DNA of 63,873 bases from Gracilinanus agilis (lineage: Eukaryota): the NCBI RefSeq assembly GCF_016433145.1, contig NC_058133.1, positions 515,165,575 through 515,229,447 of the forward strand, written 5' to 3'. Positions within the stretch are counted from its first letter, which is position 1, and every line of letters begins with the position of its first letter. The translations under genes and the position numbers were made by a program. Below, piece after piece: positions 37,000 to 49,100 of this stretch. Below the pieces are notes generated by a model. That model ran no database searches, had not been told where the DNA came from, and saw only the letters and a program-made list of their open reading frames with translations.

Positions 37000-37332
37000 A
37001 GGAGAGCTGAGTTTAAATATTTGAAGGATTATCATGGAAAGGAGGGATTTGATCTATTCTGTTTGGCCCCAGAGGCCTAAGGGCTAGCAGCAAAATCAGT
37101 CACAATGGGTAGAAGATGTACAGAAACCAATTCGGAATGGATGTGAAGAAAATCAGTTGGCTTTATCCATAAATGGAAAGAGCTGCCTTGGGAGATACAA
37201 TGAGTTCTTTTTCACTGGAGAGCTTTAGCAGCAACTGAATGAGAGCTCGTTGGGTCAGTGGAAATGTAGGATTCCTTTTGGGTATGGGTTTGGGTCTCTT
37301 CCAACTCTCAAATTCTGTGATTCTGTGATCTG
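37000..37332 (+). mobile_element. L3/CR1 3' end
   Basis: aaatatttgaagg..ttctgtttggccccagagg..cttccaactctcaaattctgtgattctgtga terminal repeat. Confidence 0.85.
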
Positions 37333-37939
37333 ATTGTAAAATGGAATGGAAAGAAACTAATTTCTCCCACTCTGATTTTGTTTGCAACTACGAAAAAGAG
37401 AAACAAAATCAGGAACTGAACAGATGGACCAATTCATTCATGAATAAATAACCTGAGGCTGTCCTATTCTTACACCTCTCATGGGTTGGGGCTTGTGCAG
37501 GTGGCTTAAGAAAACCCAAGCAGAATTCAAGTTGAGACCTTGCCTCAGCAAGGGGATGATTCAAAGTAACTCCAAGACAGGTTGTGACAGTCAAATGGGC
37601 AGAGATGCTATGATTCATCCTGTGTATGACTAGTGGTACTGAAATCACCGAGCTCACCCTATCTTCCTTGTCTTCATCACTAAATGACCCATCAGAAGTT
37701 GCCAAGCCAAATGAGAATATGACTTAATCCAAATTTCCTCATGCACACTGCAGCTGGAGATCGGGAAAATCGGAGGTCTAGGATGACTAAGAACCTGACT
37801 CGATAGTACTTTGAATCCACCCAAATTTCTGGTTCACTATTTTTGTCAATCTAGGAGATTAAAAAAACACCTCCTAAGGAGTGTTAATCAAGATTTCTTT
37901 TTCAATTTGATGATTTAACAATTACTTTTCATCTAAATG

Positions 37940-38180
37940 AGACCAATTCTATAGTCCGAATTGATCGCGTTGCTCTTTCCTATGGGCCATCTCCTATCTC
38001 CAAGTCTTTGCATTGTCCATTAATGGCTGCTGCTCGTTGTAAGGGAATTTAATTTAATGTCAAACCTAGGCAACATTACTCAAGGGTACTATTGACACGA
38101 TTCTTATTTGGGTAATAGTTGTACCCTGATGTGTCAATTGGCTGAAATTTTCTGATTCTATGATTTTGTGACTATTAGTT
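37940..38180. promoter_or_regulatory. Putative conserved non-coding / enhancer-like block
   Basis: Non-repetitive and AT-rich, with ccattaatgg, aatttaatttaatgtcaaa and gtcaattggc homeodomain/TALE-type motifs and retained CpGs. Confidence 0.35.
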
Positions 38181-38381
38181 TCAACTTGGGATGAGTAAAT
38201 TTTTTTCTGTGCACAAATAGAAATTCAGAAAATCATGGAAGACATCTGGCTTTGGGTTAAATTCATGGCAGTTAGTAAGGCCTGCCACAAAATCTGGAAA
38301 TCACATTCCCTCAATCCAACAATGATCACTTACTGAACATTCATTATACGTTATGCCTTGCCTCAGCCCTGGAGAGGGGAC

Positions 38382-39252
38382 TAAAAGAAGATATGAGGGT
38401 AGAGACCAAGAGTGGATACTGGTAGTTTCCACTTAGGGATACCCCTGAATACCCAGCCATGATCTCTGGGTATTCTAACCTCTGGTTAGTGAGAGTGAAG
38501 CAGAATCACTTTTCCTCACTGGGCCAGTTGCACAACCTCCTTGGAAACAATTGATTTATAAAATCAGTATCTCTTTTGTTATGAGGGTATACAAACTGAG
38601 GATCAGAACAAGGGGTCCCTAACTCTAAGGGATCTAGGTATTCATCCAACAACCTTCTACATCCCTCACAAGAGGGAGCCTTCAGGTCTTCTGGCTAACT
38701 TACCAGCTCCCTATTTCTATCTAGGTGTTCTCCAAAAGCTGACTAAGCTACCTATCTATATGACCCTCAGTAGTTAGTTTGATTTAGTTCAGAAGATATC
38801 TCCAAAATCCATTATGATTACTCTCAAACGCTCAAATGGCTAAGTCTACCCGGGGGGAGGGGGGGGTCTGACCCCTGAGGTAAAGCCTCAAAGCTGATCT
38901 GACAGGATTTTTTTTAGATAAAACCCTTCTGGAAAACACAGCAGGTATGGTCAGATCCTTTTCTAGATATTCCCAGTCATAGTATCTCCAAAGATGATTT
39001 AGGGGTTTCTTCTCCACAGTCAGGTTGAGGTAGCTAAGCTCCAACAAGCCACCTTTCATCTACCCTTCCAGACAGGAAAAGACTCCCTCCTATTCCAGGA
39101 AGTCACTCACTCTAGCAGTTGTCACTTCCAAACTGTTCCTCCTTTGCCTTCTGCCTGCTAAAATTCTTTCCCTTGAGTTCCTAGTATGTGTGTTAAAGAC
39201 AGCCTTCTACTTGTCTTAATTCTTATCCTATCTCTGTCCTTTTCCCATTACA
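38382..39252 (+). mobile_element. Probable solo LTR (~870 bp) inserted in a reversed L2 tail
   Basis: Ends ...ttttcccattACA. GGAC lies on both sides (38378-38381 / 39253-39256). The L2 tail continues across the insert. The 5' TG is degraded (TA). Confidence 0.65.
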
Positions 39253-39713
39253 GGACTGAGAGAGAAACATTCCTTGTCCTCAAAGAATTTATAGTCAGTC
39301 AAGAGAAACAGCATGTGCAATTGCAAGTATGTGGAAAATATGCATCAAATCAATCCAAAATAATTTGGGGGAGGGATTTAACATGGAAGGGGGTAAGCAA
39401 GGGTCTATATTCTGTCAAAGGCCTTACAATTCCCATGAAGACAATTTAAATTAAATCATCTTTCAAGAAGTTTCTAAATTGATACACACTCATGAGAGGA
39501 CATTTTCTTGGAAAAGCATTCCTCCAAGGTGTGCACAAGAAACTGGTCCCCCAGCCCACCTTACAAGTCCTCCAACCAGGAAGTGTCAAAATTATATTAA
39601 TGGACAAACATGAGATATTCCACAAGTAGCCAGCGCCAACCTAGCACAAAGGCTGGCACAGAGGAAGGATCTGGCAAGTGCTTATTCCCTTCTTTGCAAG
39701 TTCAAAAGATCCC

Positions 39714-39827
39714 ATGATGATGGTGGAGGTGATGAAGATGATGGTGACAATGATGCTGAGGAAGATGATGAAGATGATGGCGATGATGGAGATAGTGATG
39801 AAGACAATGGTGAGGATGATGAAGATA
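39714..39827. repeat. Degenerate (GAT)n low-complexity tract at the tail of a reversed MIR (39828-40010)
   Basis: gatgatggtggaggtgatgaagatgat... runs directly into reversed MIR tail and CORE. Confidence 0.85.
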
Positions 39828-40189
39828 ACTAGTCTTTTATGTAGTGCCTTACAAATAGAGGAAGATGCTCTGATTATCCACATTTTACAGGTAAGAAAAT
39901 TGAGACTGAAAGCAACTTACTTACCTAGGGTCACCGAGCTAGTAAGTCTGGGAGAACAGATTTGATCAGACCTCCAGAACCACTTCTCTGTCTAGTGCAT
40001 CACAGCTAACTTCACAATTAAAATTTCCAAGTCCTAGTACTACATTTTTCATGCCAGTGTCCAGAGTTCCAGAGATTTTTCTGCTCACAGCCCACACCAG
40101 ATGACCATCCACTATTTTACCATTCTAGTACCATGCTAGGCTGCTAAGAGCTTAGTTGGCTGGTTTTTGCAGTCTGATCCACTAGTCCT

Positions 40190-40470
40190 GTGTGTACGTG
40201 GTCACTAAGAGACCACAGACCAGTTTCGCAATCTCCGCTCGAGGCCACAGACACATCTCCTGTTATCCCAAGAGCACAGAAAAGAAGGGAAAGGTTTTCA
40301 GTCCTTGAATATGTCACATGTTTACGTGCAAGCCTGCTTGGGTCTCAGCTGTCTGACGTCCTGATCACGTTGAGTCTCCATCTAGAATCATCAACCAACA
40401 CGAGAAAAGAAGGAAGAGAGAGCAGGACAGGAAATAACGAAATCATCTGCAGTGGTTACGTGAGTCAACG
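40190..40470. promoter_or_regulatory. Putative enhancer with ACGT-core motif cluster (HRE/CRE/AP-1-like)
   Basis: TACGTG at 40195, 40323 and 40457, TGACGTC at 40354, CACGT at 40366 and TGAGTCA at 40461. Confidence 0.35.
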
Positions 40471-41030
40471 GCCTTAAAACTTGGTTTAAGTGTCATTTTA
40501 ATGTATTTTTTGTCTCTGTTTTTTTCTGGTATGATTTCATCACATTGGAGAGCTGCCAATATGGAATCTCCGTTTGCTAATTCAGATCTACCAAAGAGCA
40601 TAAAATGTTAATGTGTATCAATTTTCTGGACCAAGAGTTAAAAATCCAATCAATAGTATATGTGGGATTTGAACCCAGGTCTCATTGATACTGAACAAAC
40701 AACTAATAATCATATATTCCTATATTAGGTGCTTACTTTGTGGCAAGCACCAAGCATACAAAGACAAGAATAAAAAGTCCCTGCCCTCAAGGAGCTCGCA
40801 GTCGACCAAAAGGACGCTCTTACCCAAAGTCAGAGCATACTAGATTTCACCTTATTTCTTTACTTTTATTTTGTTTGAGTTCTTTTTCATAAAATAACTA
40901 ATAGAAAGATGCTTTACACTATAACACAAATACAATCTATACCAGATTGCTTGCTACCTCAAGGAGGGGGCTGGGGACGGAGGGAGGAAGGGGGAGGATT
41001 TGACTCAAAGTTTAAAAAATGAAGTTTAAT

Positions 41031-41238
41031 GGGGGCAGCAGCTGGGTGGCTCAGTGAATTGAGAGTCAGGTCTAGAGAGGGGAGGTCCTGGGTTCAAATC
41101 TGGCTTCAGACACTTCCCAGCTGTGTGACCCTGGGCAAGTCACTTGACCCCCATTGCCTACCCTTACCACTCTTCTGCCTTGGAATCAAGACACAGTATT
41201 GACTCCAAGACGGAAGGTGAGGGTTAAAAAAAAAAAAA
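41031..41238 (+). mobile_element. SINE1_Mdo-type SINE inserted in an L1 tail (~40860-41270)
   Basis: Full-length copy ending gggttaaaaaaaaaaaaa. Confidence 0.9.
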
Positions 41239-41550
41239 GATTAAGATTTGTTTTTTCATGTAATTGTGGAAAACATGAACATAAAAACAATGTCATATGC
41301 AAATGCAAAGTAAATCTAATGGGGAAGTTGCCAGCTGGAAGAATCAGAGAAGATCTCATGGAGAAGGTGGTATTTTTGAACGGAGCTTTGAAGGGATTCT
41401 GAAAGGCAAAGGTGAAGAGAGAGAACATTCAAAGCATGGACGCAGCAAGGGCACAGAGATGAGAGATGGGGTGTGGCATCTACAAGGAACAATAGATAAT
41501 CCAGGATAGCTGGAACATCCAATCATGACTTGGGGTAAATGTGTAATGAG

Positions 41551-41795
41551 GGGCAGCTAGGTGGCACAGAGACAGAACATCGAGTCTGGGATCAGGAAAA
41601 TGAGTTCAAATCTGGCCTCAGACACTTCCTTGCTTTGAGACGCTGGTCAAGTCACTTAACCCTATTTACCTCAGTTTCCTCATCTATAAAATAAGATGGA
41701 GAAGAAAATGGCCAACAACTTCATTATCTCTGCCAAGAAAAATCCAAATGGGGTCAAGAAGAGTCAGACAGGACTGAAACTACCAAACAACAAAA
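41551..41795 (+). mobile_element. Mar1-type CORE-SINE, full length
   Basis: gggcagctaggtggcacag head, CORE and BovB-like tail. Confidence 0.88.
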
Positions 41796-42133
41796 TGCAT
41801 AATGAATGAAGCCACAAAGACAGAATGCAGCTACACTTCCATATGACTCTGGGTCATACTGCCTAGAAGGCAGTCTCTAGAAGGGGTCGGAGCTCATCTG
41901 GAAAAGAATTTCTGAAGCCCTTTATCAAAAGGAGGACTATAAAAACAAGAGGCAAGTTGTGACCATTCCCAGGCAAATGGCAACAAGAGCATAGCCTGTA
42001 ACCCCTCTGGAAATGGCGGAAACGTCAACTGGGAACAGGCTGGGTCTATTTTCTTTAAGAGAGTAAATTTACCTCACCAATTGGAAGGTTTTAGTCATGA
42101 GGCATTTCTTTTCTCAGGAGTCTTCTCATTTTA

Positions 42134-42329
42134 TTTTATTTTATTTTTAATAAACTCTTAACTTCTGTGTATTGGCTCCTTGGTGGAAGAGTGGTAAGGG
42201 TGGGCCATGGGGGTCAAGTGACTTGCCCAGGGTCACACAGCTGGGAAGTGTCTGAGGCCAGATTTGAACCCAGGACCTCCCGTCTCTAGGCCTGACTCTC
42301 AATCCACTGATCTACCCAGCTACCCCCCA
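42134..42329 (-). mobile_element. Young SINE1_Mdo-type SINE
   Basis: TSD agtcttctcatttta (42119-42133) / agtcttatcatttta (42330-42344). Confidence 0.92.
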
Positions 42330-45300
42330 AGTCTTATCATTTTAGAGCTGGAGAGCATGGCTGCCGTCTCTTCTTTCTTGGGCCACATGGTGGGGAAACA
42401 GAGGGGACTCCAAGAAAGCTGAAACCTTGGCATCAGGAGTCAGTGAAAACAGACAGTTATAAGAACTACATTTAACAGCAGTGCCCAGAGCCAGTTTCTC
42501 TTATGGCATGATGATCGCTTGACCACCCAGGACAGGGGACAAGCCTGGGTAGGACCTGGCTAGAGAGCATGCATGTGAGGATTCGCTGGAGAAGTGGAGG
42601 GCGTCAAGCCTGAAGGAGACAAGCTTTAGGGGTACAAGCTCCAGGTCTTTGAATAGAGGAAGGGATGCCACTTGGAAGAGGCGACTCTCTCTTTCCCTTG
42701 CACCTATCCTCTTATGCCTATTGGTGACTTAAATTAGGAAAGTCCCAAGTCTGTCCTGAGAATTCAAATAGGACTGCATAAAAGATTCATTGTTTTAGCA
42801 TCATTGGCCGGCTGTTTACATCTGCTAAAGAACCACGAGCTGAACAGTCTCTTGATACTTGCTCAGACCTTAACATCACTTGCTCAAGAGCATCTCACGA
42901 TGTAATCCTAGCCAGACTCTTGTGGTTGAGACATTTCTTCTTAGGCTAATTCATCTCACTTTTCCCTTTTTGTCTCAACTCAAATACCAGAGCACAGCAT
43001 GCCCAATAAACAAATTAAAAGCCTAATATGTGGGGTCGTACCTATAGTCATATCTAGGCTTTGAATTGGTTCTATGGAAAGAATATTGAATCTTAGGTGG
43101 AAGGTCTGAGTTCAAATCCTAGTTCTATTACTCTGTACTTGTGTGACTTTGGGTAACAGATATCCCCACTCTGGTCTTCAGTTTCTTCATCCATAAAATG
43201 AAGATGTTCAGTTAGACAACTTCAGAGATCCTTTCGAATCCTACACGCAAGAGTCTGATCTAAACCAAGGGCCAGCATTTAAGGGGGGAAACAGCTTCAT
43301 TACTTCAAAGCCATACATCTTTTAAATTTTATCTAATTCAATCCAACACCTTATATATGAGACATGAATGTGAATACCTGATGACTGATTATAGAAAATC
43401 AATTACACTCTCAAAGAAGGAGGTTTGCTACCACTGAAGGTATTCAAGAAAATGTGCCAAGCCTTCTGAAGAGGATTCCCAAGATGGGGTCTGAAACATA
43501 ATTATAAAAGGCCCCATGGAATAACCTAAATAAACTAATGAAGAAGGAGAAATTAAACTGACTTAATGAGATAACATAGAAAAAGCACCAGGACTAACCA
43601 GAATGGCAAGTGAATTCTTCCATTCAAAAAGTAAACTATCCCCAAATTACAGAAATTGTTTTCAAATTATGGGCTTGCTTTCTGGGCTAGCTCATTCATC
43701 TGATTTTTACTCATGGCCGCAGGTTATTCTTAAACACGACTAATTCTTAAAATATTTACAAAGCAATGAGGCAAAAGCAATAGTAATTATGATAGTTATT
43801 CAAAGGAAAGAATAAGCAGGAATAATCAAAATATTACAATCCATCAATAAATCTGGATCATACTTTCCACCAATTATATATTTGTGGGGTAGAATGGACA
43901 TACATCTATGCAAAGCCAACAGAGAAGAGTATGAATGTGGAAACCCATTTGCCCAGGACAATTTATGACTCTACACTGTGTGTCTCGATGTCCTTGGTCC
44001 CTTCAGGAATAAGTGTACCCCACAAAGCCACTTCTCTGCTAGTTGTCCCCCTTCCAAACCTCTCCATTTCCCTGAGAGAGCTACACTGTTCACTGGGTGA
44101 AGCGAATTCTCCTCTGCTCTTGAGTCAATGAAATTGTGCGAGTTCTTTTTCATAAAAGCCACTCTTAACAGGGCAGTAAGAAAATTGGGTGCTTTTTAAA
44201 AATCGAAACCAAAATCAAAGTTGCATTTATTCAGAAACAAGCCAGAAACTAGCAAAGCTCTTCAAGTTGGCTTTCTGGATAACATAAGACAAACCTACCC
44301 AGCTCTTCACTCAACAGGATTTTTCTTTCCTCTCATCAACTTCTAGCAAGGCAAAGTTTCTTCTCCAATAAATGCACCTCACAGAAAAATTGATCTAAAG
44401 CCTATATTTCTCTTTCAGCTTGCCTATGTCAAGCCACAGAAGGAACTAGAGGTTGGCCAACCATCCCCCAAGAAGTTTCCCCTCTCCGTGCACTCTCCTC
44501 CAGACAGCACAGCATCTGAAGAGCTCTTTCAACTGATCCAACTGATTCTAGTCAATCAGCAAAGTAATGCCTCTTTTCCAAACAACAGGCTTCCGACAAA
44601 GGGGTAGAGGCTTCCCGTCCCAAGTTAGCTATCTCATCTGGAAGCAGAATATCTTCTGGCCTTCTAGGTCATCTGGCTACCCGCTAGAGGAGGCAGCATT
44701 ACCCTACCTATGTCCTTACTCTAGTCCTCTTACCATATTCATGTCAAGGGCAGCTTTTATCAGGTCCTCAAATAAGCCTGGGTGACTGGGCAATGTTCTA
44801 TCTGAAAGGCTGCACTTTTCTCAAGTAGATTTTGGCGATCTCCTCATCCAACGTTCTTTTTATGACCTTCTGAGCAACCAGATTGTTCATAAATGAGAGG
44901 GGAGCCCTTTGAACTGAGAAATGTGACATTCTATTGAATTCTGTCCAGGAGGCAAATATGGGTTTGATACCCAAACCTGGCAAAAACGAAGCAAAAGTAG
45001 GTCAACACATTCATGGGTATCACTTCAAAATTTTTTAATAACATGCTAGCAAGTTGAATAATATAAATATCTTTGCTACCATGGCAGCATCATTGAAATG
45101 AATGTATGATCTCTCAGGATCACCAGCTTGAAGGCTCAAGAAACAGGTTTAGGAAAGACAAGTCCTTGTTCAAGGCCCTAAGGCTAGTGACAAAATCACA
45201 GAATTTAAAGCTGAAAGAGAGCTTAGGTGCCTTCCAGACAAGCGCCCTCATTTTTATTTTTTTTCAATTAATAAGCATTTGTTTTCTCTCCCTCCAATTC

Positions 45301-45399
45301 AGCTGTCATTTAAAAAAGAAAAACCTTGTAACTGATCTGCATAGTCAAGAAAAATAAATTCCCCTCTTGGTTATGTGCAAAAATATATATCTAATTCTT

Positions 45400-45584
45400 T
45401 TTTTTTTAACCCTTGCCTTCCATCTTAGAGATTCTAAGGCAGAAGAGTGGTAAGGGCTAGACAATAGAGGTCAAGTGACTTGCCCAGGGTCACACAGCTA
45501 GGAAGTGTTTGAGGCCAGATTTGAACCCAGGACCCCCCATCTCTGGGCCTGACTCTCAATCCACTGAACCACCCAGCTGCCCCC
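45400..45584 (-). mobile_element. SINE1_Mdo-type SINE
   Basis: TSD tatatctaattctt (45386-45399) / tatatctcattctt (45585-45598). Confidence 0.9.
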
Positions 45585-45826
45585 TATATCTCATTCTTAA
45601 CATTTAATTCATTTCCTTTCTGGCAGGAGGTCTCATCACCTGCCATCTGGAATCTTGGTTGGTCATTGCCCGGATGAGTTCTTAAATCCTTCCAGGTTGT
45701 TTATCTTTATAGTGTTTTGCCATCATATACTTTCTTCTGCTTCTGATCAATTTGTTCTGCATCGGTTCTTTCAAATATTCTCAGGTTTCCTTGAAATTGT
45801 CCCCTTTGTCATGCCGTGTATGGCAT

Positions 45827-46100
45827 GGGGCAGCTGGGTGGTGCAGTGGATAGAACATGGGGCCTGGAGTCAGGAAGACTTAAGTTCAAATCTCATTTCA
45901 GACACGAACTGGATGACCCTGGATAAGTCACAAGTAACCTCCACCTGCTTCAGTTTCTTCAGCTGTAAAGTGGAAATAATAACAACACCTACCTCACAGG
46001 GATGTTGTAAGGATTAAATGAAATAATATTTATAAAAATGATCATAAAAATGTGCCTGGCACATAGTAAGTGTGACCTAGATGCTTATTCCCCTTCCCCT
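45827..46100 (+). mobile_element. Full-length marsupial MIR
   Basis: ggggcagctgggtggtgcagtggatag head and MIR tail acctcacagggatgttgtaaggattaaatga..cctggcacatagtaag. Confidence 0.85.
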
Positions 46101-49100
46101 TATTCTCCTTCCCTTCTTGAAGCACAATAATATGCCATCCTTGGTAAGATCCAGAAGGCTTAAGACCTGTCCAGTGTCACAAAAATAGTTATTAGGATAA
46201 TAGCTTTAGAGCTAGGAAGGACCTTCGAGGTCATTCATATCAGCTTCTTCATTTTATAGAGGAGGAAATTGAGCTCCAGGGAAATGAAATGATAATTAAC
46301 AAACTAGAATTTGAACTCAGATCTAGGACACCAGGTTCAGCAAGCTTCCCACTGGACCATACTGTCCTTTTAGACTCCATCCCTGAATTTTGTGTCTATA
46401 GATAGAGCATCTATTAAAACAGAAACTCATTTCAGGCAGGAATTGTTTCATTCTTTGTACTTGTAGTATCCCCAGGGCCTGGCACATAGTAAGTACTTAA
46501 TAAATAGTGTACTTGCTTATTGATTGATCAGCATGTCTAGGATTCCAATCCTGGCTTTCTGATTCTAAATCCAGCGTTCTCCGTACTCCATCTCGCTGAC
46601 CTCTGTGAGAGGGACAATTCTCATTTGGGTGAAGAAGCAGCAGAGAGTGTGGAAAAGCACCCTGGATTCCAATCGGAAGCCTGGGCTCTGCTCCTTAGTG
46701 CCTTAGTGACCTTGAACCTGTCATTTCTCCATCCTGGGCCTCCATGTCTCTCTGTAAAATGACAAAACTGAATTAGGCGACCTCAGAGGTTCCTTCCAGC
46801 TCGAGATCTGGGTCCTCATTTTTTGTGTGTGAAAAACGAGGCAGGAGGGGAGAGGGAGGAGAGAAATGTCAGGATTTTATATTCTCTAAAGTCCTTCGGG
46901 TTCTTTTGTTAAACAGTAACACAACTTTCTCAGTCTTGTGGCTTGTTCTCCCAGGACAAAGTTACGGCAAATTTAAGTGTACTTTTGGTCTAGTTTCCCC
47001 AAAGGGAAGATATTGAATGAGTTTTAAATAATAATGCCATATCCTCCTCCCCTCTCCCCCATTCCCTGCTTCCCCTCTGGTCTCTCTCTTCTAATGTTGT
47101 CCATATGAGTCAACCAGGAAAATAATCATCTCAAATCCTGGTGAATGAAATACAGTTGGATCCCCAGTTCCAGGAGTTCAAGTTACACTCATCCATTATG
47201 CACAATTCAAAGACTATGACGTATGCTTCTGCTCACACGCTTCCCTGATTCCCATTTACACAGTGTCTGCTAGGAATCGGTGACCCACTTTGGCTGAAAG
47301 CCAATAGCAGCCTCCAGATGATTTACATCCAAACCCTGGACCATGGGGTTCTCCTTTTCTTTATCCCTTCTCTTGGGGCTCGCCTCTTCCCTCTCCCTCC
47401 CCATTGCCCAAACTTGCTCTAACTTTGTCCTACAAGAGCTGCCACAAGACAGAGAAAGTCATGTCATTGTTTAACAAAAAAGCCAGCAGAAAACAACATG
47501 AATCCTAACATTTCTCTATCCCTCCCATCTGGGAAGAAGCCATCCGTATACACTGGCATGCATGGGTATACAACGGCATCCATCGGGAGAAAAGCATCGG
47601 CTTTGCCTTGATGCCACAAGCTCTGAGGATCGGCAAGGAGGAGCTGTTGGGAGGAAACAGCAGACAGAGTATTGGGATAATGAGAAGGGTCTGGGCTTCA
47701 TGGTGTCATTGAGGGAGAGAGAGCGAGCTGGTAAGGCTGGCTAGCTGATGGCCGAGGAGCGAAATAGGCAATGAGTCTCAACGTGGCGTGCTGAACGAGG
47801 ACGGACCAGATCTAAGAGGAGGGAAACCTGGTGGGCAGATGTGACAGGCAATACCCAGGGGAAGTCAGTGGGGGGGAAAGTGGCATGTTGTTGTCACTGG
47901 AATCTCCAAGTGCATCCATGCTCCCAGGAATTCCCCTTTGGGTTTTGTGTATTTGTTATGCAAGAAGGGGACTGACCCTCTGAGAAGGGTGAGGGTCTAC
48001 CAATTAGACTCCTGCCCCTATCAACCAAGGGTATAGGCAAGTCCCATTTCTGTCCTCTTATCTGCCTCATAGAACCTTCCAAACTCGTATTGGTCTGATC
48101 AGCCACAGTGGAACACACTGTAACCTGACCCCACTGGTCCTCTTCAAAAACGAAGGCTGAACAACAATGCTGTGAATGTTCTTCATGTTCACATGTTTAT
48201 TAGAAGTCAAAATGTTTTTTTAATGAATGTTAAAAATTGTTTTTATATGCAATCGGGGGGAAATAAAATATATTTTTAAATTTTTTTTTAAAAATTAGAA
48301 TATTAAAAAAAAGAAAATACAGGAAGATGGAAAGTGACCAAGAATTTAAAAAAAAAAAAAAAGAAGTTGGTGGGTGACTGATTAGCATGAGGGAAAAATG
48401 AGCCAAACTCAATTATTTCCAGAGATGGCATCTGGGTAGGGGCCAATCCAAACCAGACCAACAGTGGAGAGATGGTTCATAAGTTTGAGTAAGCCCTCCC
48501 TGCCAAGAGTGGAAGGTCTAGGCATCCCCATTGATCCAGGGGCCCTCTAGTATGTAAATGGCCTTCTCCCACACTCATGCTCCTTCTCTTTGGACCATAC
48601 AGCCAATCCTTAATCCATTCCTGGAAACCCTGGCAGCAGCTGAGGGATAGACAGAGAAACTTATGGAGCTTTGAAAATAGTAGGAATTTTTGTGCTGACT
48701 TTATCAGGGAAGAGATTCCTATCCTAGGTCTAGAGAAATCGGTTTACCTGGCCCAGTCACTCCACAATTTCAAGGGCAGAATGCTCATGGAATCTTAGAG
48801 CAAGGAAGGAGTTTGGGGGTCATTTCTCCCAATACCCTCCCAGGATGATAGACCCCAAAACTTCGGAGATCACCTAGTCAGTGCCCTGATTTGATATAGA
48901 AGAGGAAATTAAGGCCAAAACCTGTCCAAGGTCATACAACTTAAAAGTTGAAGAACCAGTATTTGAACTCAGGTCTTCCACTATACAATGCTGTATCTGC
49001 TTTATAATATAGGAAGACCACAAGTCAGGCAGGGCCCTGAAGTTAATGTGTCATCAAGGAAGGACGATGGAGTCATCCCTAGATGAATCACTGGTAAATG

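Larger units (their letters stand above)
45250..46140 (-). mobile_element. Old L1 3' end interrupted by a SINE1 and a MIR-type SINE
   Basis: Reversed L1 motifs (aaaaccttgtaactgatctgcatagtcaag, ttctgcatcggttc..ctcaggtttcc). Confidence 0.7.

Noticed and set aside
12618-38065. Shared 12-mer TTAATGTCAAAC treated as a dispersed repeat system
   Set aside because: Repeated 12-mers are expected many times by chance in 64 kb. It is kept only as minor support for the two enhancer-like blocks.
39678-39965. Met-rich ORF and an alternative Asp/Glu-rich frame (DDGGGDEDD...)
   Set aside because: It is a degenerate (GAT)n expansion at a MIR tail with no splice context.
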